This document shows positions 27,448-35,343 of a stretch of 36,500 bases of DNA, piece by piece. Both the position numbers and the translations under genes were made by a program. Within the stretch, counting starts at the first letter, position 1. Each line of letters starts with the position of its first letter. This DNA is from Gammaproteobacteria bacterium (GTDB lineage Bacteria; Pseudomonadota; Gammaproteobacteria; SURF-13), in contig JBDSOT010000143.1 in the NCBI GenBank assembly GCA_039914705.1, positions 1 to 36,500 of the forward strand. The letters run 5' to 3'. A model generated the notes under the pieces. The model ran no database searches. It was not told the origin of the DNA and saw only the letters and a list, made by a program, of their open reading frames with translations.

Positions 27448-30438
27448 CTACGCCAACAATTTTTTCCAGATTCTGATTACACCGGCGCGATACTCTGCAA
27501 ACTCCGTCCTGGCCACCTGCGCAGGCTCGTCCTGCAATGCGCAACGATGCACTGCGCTACGATAGGCGCGATAGGCACCGGTCAGTAATTGCACATCGGC
27601 CGTGCTCATCAGGCCCGCCTCGGCAAGACCCTGCAACTGCCGGATATTGTCCGTGTAAGTGAGCAGCGCGGGATAATCATGTGCCCACAACAAAACATCG
27701 TATTGAACCATAAATTCAATATCGGCGATACCTCCCTCGTCCTGTTTTACATCGAAGCGGCCCGCTTCGTGCGTGCCCAGCGCAGTGCGCATACGTTCGC
27801 GCATATCATGCACCTCGGCGCGCAAGATATTTGCCTCGCGTGGGCGTTGCAAAATCTCGGCGCGCAATCGGTCAAAGCGCACAGCAATTTTATTGTCGCC
27901 CTGCTCCGCCACCACGCGGGCGCGCACCAGGGCCTGATGCTCCCAGGTCCAGGCCCGTGTGCGTTGGTAATCCGCGAAACTTTCCAGGCTACTGACCAGC
28001 AATCCCGAGGCCCCGCTGGGACGCAGGCGCACATCCACTTCGTACAATACACCTGCAGGCGTGTGAGCATTTAAAATGTGCACGATACGCTGGCCGAGGC
28101 GCGCGAAAAATACCGTGTTGTCGATTGATTTCGGCCCCGCCGTGTGTTGCCCCTCACCTTCGGTATCGTGCAAAAATACAATATCAAGATCGGAACCATA
28201 ACCCAGTTCAATCCCGCCCAGCTTTCCGTAAGCGACAATGGCAAAGCCAGCTGTATAAGGCTTACCCTTGACCAGGCAATTCGGGTCACCGTGACGCGCC
28301 ACTAAATGATGCCAGGCCAGATTCAATACCTGTTGCAGAATAAGCTCGGCAATCGCCGTGAGATAATCGCTGACGATCATCAGCGGCAGCACACCTGCCG
28401 TGTCGGCGGCCGCTACGCGTAGCACATGCACCTGCTTGAAATTCCGCAGTGCCTCCATCTGCTGTTCCAGATCGTGCTCGGGAATGCGCAATAAAATCTG
28501 CCGCAGCTCGCTTTCGAGATTCGCTCTATCCAGTGGTGAATAAAGCCGGCGCGTATCCAGTAATTCATCCAGCAGCAGCGGATGGCGCGTAAGCAATGCG
28601 CTGATCCAGGGGCTTGCCGCGCAGAGCTTTACCAACTGCGAAAGCGCCAGCGGATTTTCCACCAGAAGGGCAAGATAAGCGGTGCGCTGTGCGATGGCCT
28701 CGATAAGATTAACCAGGCGCATAAGCGTAACATCGGCTTGCTCAGCGGCACCGACAGCGGCCACCAGTAAGGGCATCAGGCTGTCCATGCGTCTGCGGCC
28801 ACGGTCACTGAGCGCACGATAATGATGACCTTGATGCAATTGATTCAACAGACGCACAGCCTCCGGCGCATCGGTGAAACCGGCCGCCTCCAATAACTTG
28901 GCCGCTTGTGTCTCATCCAGAGTTCCTTGCCATAAGCCGTTCAGATCCGCCCCTGCGGTTTTCCCTGACTCAAGCGAACGGCTTATCTGCGGCGTCTTGA
29001 ATATCTGCACAAAATGGGTGTGTACCTGCCCCGTGTATTGCACCAGCGCATGCTGAAATGTAAGCCAATTTTCATATTTCATCGACAATGCCAGGCGCGC
29101 TCGATCCGTTTCATCTGTGGGCAGTGTGTGGGTTTGTTCGTCAGCAAACTCTTGCAAACGATTTTCGACCTTGCGCAGGAATATATATGCATCGCTTAAT
29201 TGCCTGGAAACCTGGACCGGCAGATAATTTGCCTGTCCCAAATATTCCAAAACGCGCAGGATCCCCGGCTCTTGCAATCGCGTGTCACGCCCGCCGCGAA
29301 TTAACTGAAATAACTGTCCGATAAATTCAATCTCACGAATGCCGCCCTGGCCGAGCTTTATATTGTCTTGCAATCCCCGGCGCTGGGCCTCACGCACGAT
29401 CATTTCTTTCATCTCACGTAGCGCTTCGAAAACACCAAAATCAAGATAGCGCCGGTAAATAAATGGCCGCAGCATATCCATCAACTGTTTGCCCTGCTCC
29501 TCATCGCCGGCCACCACGCGCGCCTTGACCATTGCATAACGTTCCCACTCGCGTCCGTGATTTTGATAGTAATCTTCCAGCGCACCGAAGCTTAGTACCA
29601 GCGGCCCACTGTCTCCGAAGGGGCGCAGGCGCATATCGACCCGATAGACCAATCCGTCCGCCGTGACGGCGGCAAGTGCATTGATAAGCCGCTGCGCGAG
29701 CCGGATAAAATATTCCTCATTCGTCATGCGGGGGCGTTTCCCCTGCGTCTCGCCGTCTTCGGGGTAGGCGAAGATAAGATCAATGTCGGAGGAAAAATTA
29801 AGCTCGCGCGCGCCGAGCTTGCCCATACCGATAACCATCATGGATTGGGCAATGCCTGACGCACTTTGCGGAACGCCAAATTCTTTGGACTGCCATGCGT
29901 GCAACTTATCCAGCGCGGCCTCTATGCAAGCGGCAGCCAATGCGGACAGATCCGCCAATGTTTCATGCAAATCCGCCCATCCGGCCAGATCGCGCCAGCC
30001 GATGCGCAGCATCTCGCGTGTGCGCAGGTGGCGCAAGCTCGCGCCAAGTTCTTGTTCGTTTTTTGTATTACTTACGGCGGCCTGCGCCTTCTGCTCATAC
30101 TCACTGGCGGCATAATCGATAAGCAAATCGCCGCTTTTAAGTAAATCGGCAAACAGCTGCGGATGACGGGTGCAGGTTTGTGCCACGAATTCGCTATAAG
30201 CCCAAACTCGATATAAGACATTGAGCAGATCGGGGTGCGCCGGTGCTTGTACATTTGCCTCAGAGGCGGACTGCGCATAACCCTGCCAGTCACGTTCGAC
30301 GCGCTCGCGCAAGGCAACCGGCAGTGTGGCTAAAAACTCCTTGCCTGCTCGTCCGCGCCCTCCCTCGTCTCCTTTTTTTAAAGAGGGGGATAGATGAGTT
30401 TTATTAATGCGGCGAGGACTTTTATTAGTGGGGAACAA
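27448..30438 (-). CDS. glnE: bifunctional glutamine synthetase adenylyltransferase / adenylyl-removing enzyme
   Basis: About 960-996 aa with two nucleotidyltransferase modules (GMGKLGARELNFSSDIDLIF and AYGKLGGIELGYGSDLDIVFLH). The ORF reaches a TTG at 30438. Comparison with the E. coli GlnE length suggests the true start is about 30-40 codons downstream, but I see no convincing start codon plus RBS there. Confidence 0.9.
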   Translation of the reverse strand: MFPTNKSPRRINKTHLSPSLKKGDEGGRGRAGKEFLATLPVALRERVERDWQGYAQSASEANVQAPAHPDLLNVLYRVWAYSEFVAQTCTRHPQLFADLLKSGDLLIDYAASEYEQKAQAAVSNTKNEQELGASLRHLRTREMLRIGWRDLAGWADLHETLADLSALAAACIEAALDKLHAWQSKEFGVPQSASGIAQSMMVIGMGKLGARELNFSSDIDLIFAYPEDGETQGKRPRMTNEEYFIRLAQRLINALAAVTADGLVYRVDMRLRPFGDSGPLVLSFGALEDYYQNHGREWERYAMVKARVVAGDEEQGKQLMDMLRPFIYRRYLDFGVFEALREMKEMIVREAQRRGLQDNIKLGQGGIREIEFIGQLFQLIRGGRDTRLQEPGILRVLEYLGQANYLPVQVSRQLSDAYIFLRKVENRLQEFADEQTHTLPTDETDRARLALSMKYENWLTFQHALVQYTGQVHTHFVQIFKTPQISRSLESGKTAGADLNGLWQGTLDETQAAKLLEAAGFTDAPEAVRLLNQLHQGHHYRALSDRGRRRMDSLMPLLVAAVGAAEQADVTLMRLVNLIEAIAQRTAYLALLVENPLALSQLVKLCAASPWISALLTRHPLLLDELLDTRRLYSPLDRANLESELRQILLRIPEHDLEQQMEALRNFKQVHVLRVAAADTAGVLPLMIVSDYLTAIAELILQQVLNLAWHHLVARHGDPNCLVKGKPYTAGFAIVAYGKLGGIELGYGSDLDIVFLHDTEGEGQHTAGPKSIDNTVFFARLGQRIVHILNAHTPAGVLYEVDVRLRPSGASGLLVSSLESFADYQRTRAWTWEHQALVRARVVAEQGDNKIAVRFDRLRAEILQRPREANILRAEVHDMRERMRTALGTHEAGRFDVKQDEGGIADIEFMVQYDVLLWAHDYPALLTYTDNIRQLQGLAEAGLMSTADVQLLTGAYRAYRSAVHRCALQDEPAQVARTEFAEYRAGVIRIWKKLLA

Positions 30439-30531
30439 GGAAAGTCTTCCTGAAAGGCTGCGTAAAATATCGCGTACTGAATTCTATAAAAAAATCCGCT
30501 TCCAGCATTCACCTAGCTTACCCAACAAGGC

Positions 30532-30564
30532 AAAAAAAAGCCCCACCTGTTTCCAGATGGGGCT
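30532..30564 (-). terminator. Rho-independent terminator of groESL
   Basis: On the minus strand: agccccatctg-GAAA-caggtggggct (11-bp stem with one G-U pair, GNRA tetraloop) followed by a T-run of 8. It lies 23 nt downstream of the groEL stop. Confidence 0.8.
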
Positions 30565-30586
30565 TGGTGTTTCCCTGGCTAAGGAA

Positions 30587-32233
<1,647 letters not shown>

Positions 32234-32274
32234 CTAAGTTCAGTACTTTATTAAATAAACGGGCCGAGCCTCGA

Positions 32275-32559
32275 TTATTGAATGATGCCCATGATGTCTT
32301 CTTCGCGCATCATCAGCAGTTCTTTGTTGCCGGGAACCTCGGTTCCGGAATACTTGGTGAACAACACCTTGTCGCCAACCTTCACATCCAGCGGACGCAC
32401 AGTGCCACTATCGAGAAGCTTGCCGCTGCCTACAGCGACAACTTCACCACGGGCTGGTTTTTCAGCAGCATTATCGGGGATGACGATGCCGCCAGCGGTG
32501 GTACGTTCTTCTTCCATACGACGCACAAGGACGCGATCATGTAACGGACGAATGTTCAT
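32275..32559 (-). CDS. groES: co-chaperonin GroES (Hsp10)
   Basis: 94 aa starting [23 protein letters not shown] upstream. It sits 50 nt upstream of groEL. Confidence 0.97.
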   Translation of the reverse strand: MNIRPLHDRVLVRRMEEERTTAGGIVIPDNAAEKPARGEVVAVGSGKLLDSGTVRPLDVKVGDKVLFTKYSGTEVPGNKELLMMREEDIMGIIQ

Positions 32560-32628
32560 TAAACTTATCTCCTAAAAATTCGGGTATATAGACAATCAGG
32601 CTAATCCTTACCTGATCTCAGGCAATTA

Positions 32629-32655
32629 TTAGCACTCATCAAGAAGGAGTGCTAA
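32629..32655 (-). promoter_or_regulatory. CIRCE operator (HrcA binding site)
   Basis: Perfect TTAGCACTC-N9-GAGTGCTAA inverted repeat in the groES leader. Confidence 0.85.
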
Positions 32656-32684
32656 TAATAGGGACAATCAAGGGCGACTTCAAG
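32656..32684 (-). promoter_or_regulatory. sigma32-type heat-shock promoter candidate
   Basis: The minus strand reads CCTTGAAG - about 14 nt - CCCTATTA, against the consensus CCCTTGAA - 13 to 15 nt - CCCCATNT. It abuts the CIRCE element. Confidence 0.5.
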
Positions 32685-32812
32685 GCTGGTTAACTAAGAA
32701 TTTGGTCACTTATCGCCCAAACCGGGTAATGGAGTCAGTAAGCGCGGTTAAAACCGTGGCTGTTAAGTGTCAGATGGACGAATCGTGAATGTGCCGGTAT
32801 CCTTAGCCCCTC

Positions 32813-32837
32813 GCGCCCTTAGCTCAGTTGGCTGAGT
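32813..32837 (+). repeat. orphan copy A of the tRNA-Arg 5' end (acceptor 5' strand plus D-arm)
   Basis: gcgcccttagctcagttggctgagt. The first 19 nt are identical to 33143-33161. No anticodon arm, T arm or 3' acceptor strand follows. Confidence 0.8.
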
Positions 32838-32944
32838 CCGCGCAGCGGCGAAGGCCAGGCCAAGGATGGTCTGGCGGGTGATTAGTAAACATTGAGGAGA
32901 AGCCAGGGATGGCTAAAATGCGTAGCACTGCCCTCACCCTCATT

Positions 32945-32965
32945 CCCTCTCCCGGCGGGAGAGGG
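32945..32965. repeat. REP-like GC-rich hairpin (ccctctccc-ggc-gggagaggg)
   Basis: Perfect 9-bp stem read from the sequence, lying between the two tRNA fragments. Confidence 0.6.
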
Positions 32966-33020
32966 AAGAGCGAAGCGAAGGGTGTCGAGCCGAGACGCTT
33001 GCGCGCAATTTGTTTTATTT

Positions 33021-33045
33021 GCGCCCTTAGCTCAGTTGGGTGAGC
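33021..33045 (+). repeat. orphan copy B of the tRNA-Arg 5' end
   Basis: gcgcccttagctcagttgggtgagc. The first 19 nt are identical to the tRNA, and it has a complete D-arm but nothing tRNA-like after it. A hairpin cagcac-aggat-gtgctg follows. Confidence 0.8.
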
Positions 33046-33142
33046 GAACGAAGTTCGCGAACGACAGCACAGGATGTGCTGGCTGGGGCCAAATAGAAGT
33101 ATCCTATCTCGCCATGGAGGCAACTATCAAAGCTACGACTAA

Positions 33143-33219
33143 GCGCCCTTAGCTCAGTTGGATAGAGCGTTGGGTTCCGATCCCAAAGGTCAGAGGTTCG
33201 AATCCTCTAGGGCGCACCA
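33143..33219 (+). tRNA. tRNA-Arg (anticodon CCG)
   Basis: 77 nt folded by hand: acceptor GCGCCCT/AGGGCGC, D-arm GCTC-AGTTGGATA-GAGC, anticodon arm TTGGG-TTCCGAT-CCCAA, variable loop AGGTC, T-arm AGAGG-TTCGAAT-CCTCT, discriminator A, encoded CCA. Confidence 0.95.
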
Positions 33220-33379
33220 TAAAATCAAAAACTTATAATAATAATACTTATTTATAAACGCTGGTCGATAGCCCGTTTGGTACATTTCTTGCAGATACTA
33301 AATCTGTAAAATCTAGTGATAACTCCATCTTGTTGTTTACCTCATGCCCATGCGTCAAATTAATACTAAGGGGAAAATC

Positions 33380-34096
33380 ATGTTTAACAAAAAAAGTATT
33401 GCCATAGCCATTAGTACAGCCTTGATAGTAAGCGGTGCTGCCTTGGTTTATGCGGAAGATGTCGCGCCGGTCACCGACCTTAGCGTGGTTGTCGATACCA
33501 CTACTGATGCTACTGATGCCGGTACCGTTACCACCACCGATATCTCAACCACTACCGACACAACCGCTACCGACACAACGACAGGCACTACAACCGATAC
33601 CTCAACAGACACTACGGCCGATAGCAGCACGGATACCGCTGATGAAACACCCGAAATCGAAGACACCGCCTCCAGCGACGAAACTGAAACCCCTGAGACT
33701 GAAGATACGGCATCCAATGACGATACCGGTACGAACGATGGAACCGGCGACGGCAGCTTTGATAAATCGCTAGGCTCCAACGGCATTGCCAGCGTTACCC
33801 GTAACCTGGAGCGTAAACCGGACAGCAAGGGCCTGCAAAATGCCTTGGAACACCACGAGGCCAATCGTGAGCGTAATGGTCAACGTGACGTTGAGCGAGC
33901 CGAGCGCGACGCTGCCAAGGCCGAGCGGCCCGATGCCGTGGAAAAGGTCGCCAAGGTAGAACGTCCTGAAAAGACCGAGCGCGCCGAGAAGGCCGAGCGT
34001 CCGGAAAAAGCAGAGCGTGCTGAGAAACCCGAGCGTCCGGAAAAGGCAGAGCGTGCTGAGAAGCCTGAGCGTCCTGAGAAGGCCGGTCGCGATTAA
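33380..34096 (+). CDS. secreted low-complexity protein: Thr/Asp/Glu-rich acidic region plus C-terminal ERPEKA/ERAEKP repeats
   Basis: ATG at 33380 follows AAGGGGA (33369-33375), 4 nt upstream. Signal peptide MFNKKSIAIAISTALIVSGAALVYA then EDV. An acidic tract of about 95 aa is dominated by T, D and E. A short central segment is followed by hexapeptide repeats. I recognise no globular domain. Confidence 0.7.
   Translation: MFNKKSIAIAISTALIVSGAALVYAEDVAPVTDLSVVVDTTTDATDAGTVTTTDISTTTDTTATDTTTGTTTDTSTDTTADSSTDTADETPEIEDTASSDETETPETEDTASNDDTGTNDGTGDGSFDKSLGSNGIASVTRNLERKPDSKGLQNALEHHEANRERNGQRDVERAERDAAKAERPDAVEKVAKVERPEKTERAEKAERPEKAERAEKPERPEKAERAEKPERPEKAGRD
33959..34084 (+). repeat. in-frame tandem repeat, 7 x 18 bp (36-bp super-period), encoding ERPEK(T/A)/ERAEK(A/P)
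   Basis: Units gaacgtcctgaaaagacc, gagcgcgccgagaaggcc, gagcgtccggaaaaagca, gagcgtgctgagaaaccc, gagcgtccggaaaaggca, gagcgtgctgagaagcct, gagcgtcctgagaaggcc. More degenerate copies extend upstream to about 33893. Confidence 0.85.
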
Positions 34097-34126
34097 AGGC
34101 TATCCATTTAACTTCAAGAGAACCTC

Positions 34127-34918
34127 ATGAAAGAACACTATAAGTTTAAAAAAGTCTTGGCTGGTGCTGTATTACTGCTCGGTAGCCCACTAGTGGGTGC
34201 CGAGCAGCATTCTTTCAGCCTGACCAACGGCTTTGATTACAGCAGCGGTGACTACGGCGGTGCCACTGATACCCATATTCTTTATATACCGCTAATCGGC
34301 AAGTACGAAACTGAGCGGACTACATTCAAGCTCACCGTCCCCTATATCAGCATCGAAAGTTCAGGCGGCGTGGTAGGCGGAGCGGACGGCGCACCTGTTG
34401 TGATTGACCCTGACGCGGCTGGCGAGCGCACCACCGAGTCGGGCCTGGGCGATATCGTCGCCTCGGCCACCTATACAGTTTTGGACGGTCAGGCCAACGG
34501 TCTATTGCTGGATGTCACCGGTAAGGTCAAGTTTGCCACGGCCGACGAAGACAAAGGGCTGGGTACCGGCGAAACCGACTACGCTGCACAGGTCGATATT
34601 TACAAGACCTATGGTGCCTTTACCCCCTTCGGCACCCTGGGTTATAAGGTATTCGGCGACACCTCCGCAACGGATTTCAATAATGTCTTCTACGGTTCGC
34701 TAGGCGGGGCTTACAAGTTCGGTCCGCAAACCAGCGGCGGTTTGATCTACGACCTGCGCGAGGCCTCTACCGATTCAAGCTCATCGCTCAGCGAGTTAAC
34801 CGCGTATGTCAGCTACAAATTCACCGAGACAACCAAGGCGCAGCTTTATGGTGTCAAGGGCTTCTCAGATGGCAGCCCGGATTGGGGTATGGGTGCCATG
34901 GTAACGATGGGGTTTTAA
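34127..34918 (+). CDS. outer membrane beta-barrel protein (resembles the putative MetA-pathway/transporter OMP family)
   Basis: 263 aa. Signal peptide MKEHYKFKKVLAGAVLLLGSPLVGA. Alternating amphipathic beta-strand pattern, an SGLGDI motif, and a C-terminal aromatic residue (...MVTMGF) typical of BAM substrates. Confidence 0.7.
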   Translation: MKEHYKFKKVLAGAVLLLGSPLVGAEQHSFSLTNGFDYSSGDYGGATDTHILYIPLIGKYETERTTFKLTVPYISIESSGGVVGGADGAPVVIDPDAAGERTTESGLGDIVASATYTVLDGQANGLLLDVTGKVKFATADEDKGLGTGETDYAAQVDIYKTYGAFTPFGTLGYKVFGDTSATDFNNVFYGSLGGAYKFGPQTSGGLIYDLREASTDSSSSLSELTAYVSYKFTETTKAQLYGVKGFSDGSPDWGMGAMVTMGF

Positions 34919-34929
34919 GATTTATTAAC

Positions 34930-34958
34930 CGGCTACTGGCCGCAAGGGCCGGTAGCCG
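34930..34958 (+). terminator. GC-rich hairpin downstream of the OMP gene (possible terminator)
   Basis: cggctactggcc-gcaag-ggccggtagccg, a 12-bp stem with one G-U pair, 12 nt after the stop. There is no downstream T-run on the plus strand, so terminator function is uncertain. Confidence 0.4.
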
Positions 34959-35058
34959 CATGCTGTGCAGATGTTAAAGCTTACAGTACCGTTTAAGACT
35001 TAGACCGCGCATCACCCAATCCCACGTTCATCTCACCCTGTCCACCCGCTCAAAATAC

Positions 35059-35137
35059 GGTAGTGGCTCAGTTTGATTCTTGTCATCCCTTCGACAAGCT
35101 CAGGGTGACAGCAAAAATTTCAAACTGAGCCACTACC
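35059..35137. mobile_element. 79-bp MITE-like non-autonomous element
   Basis: Perfect 18-bp terminal inverted repeats ggtagtggctcagtttga (35059-35076) and tcaaactgagccactacc (35120-35137). They are flanked by identical 8-bp direct repeats caaaatac (35051-35058 and 35138-35145). The 43-bp core contains its own hairpin (cttgtc...gacaag). Confidence 0.7.
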
Positions 35138-35343
35138 CAAAATACCCACACATGGATTCTCGTGACGCAATATATTCTGTTAGTAACATCGCTGATGTTA
35201 ACTTGCTCATGCGCGGATATGCGCTGGCATTGCAAGGCTTCTGATTCTGCGAAGGTCTTGTCAAGCTGCGGGATGATACAGGAAAGCGGCAAAGCGGACT
35301 GCCGGTTAATCAGAGTCGCTCCATTATGCTACCGAGAGCAAAC

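Noticed and set aside
30312-30438. N-terminal 30-40 codons of the glnE ORF (TTG 30438; KKGDEGGRGRAGKE purine-rich stretch)
   Set aside because: This is probably 5' leader rather than coding, judging by length comparison with E. coli GlnE. I could not identify a convincing alternative start, so the feature keeps the ORF coordinates with a caveat.
9710-30438. Apparent excess of non-ATG start codons (waaA TTG, hldE GTG, lpxL TTG, zf-CHCC GTG, ArnT-like TTG, waaP TTG, possibly the GT-C gene and glnE)
   Set aside because: Roughly 6-8 of about 30 genes is only modestly above the usual bacterial fraction, and several of these starts are uncertain. I do not consider it a signal without genome-wide statistics.
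32824-33152. ORFs 32824-33123 (minus) and 32892-33152 (plus) in the groES-tRNA spacer
   Set aside because: They run through the tRNA fragments and the REP-like hairpin (the PLPPGEGMRVRA-type peptide is typical of translated repeats). They overlap each other, and the plus-strand ORF also overlaps the first bases of the intact tRNA gene. No start context supports either.
32813-33161. Possible CRISPR-like array, since a 19-25 nt direct repeat occurs three times
   Set aside because: The repeat is the 5' end of a tRNA. The spacings are irregular (208 and 122 bp), the third copy is a functional tRNA, and no cas genes or leader are present.
33435-33864. Alternative-frame ORFs (33435-33773 plus, 33448-33864 minus) over the Thr/Asp-rich region
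   Set aside because: These are artefacts of the repetitive ACC/GAT-rich DNA. Only the frame starting at 33380 has a signal peptide, an RBS and continuity into the charged repeat domain.
35302-35320. 10-nt match (ttaatcagag) to hairpin 2 of the 48-bp element
   Set aside because: It is too short, the flanks do not match the element, and it is most likely coincidental.
33220-35343. Genomic island integrated at tRNA-Arg
   Set aside because: There is no integrase, no 3' tRNA direct repeat downstream, and the one 60-nt line I counted gave an ordinary value (about 53% GC). Only two genes and a MITE lie between the tRNA and the next core-type gene. I report the gene pair as interesting but do not call it an island.
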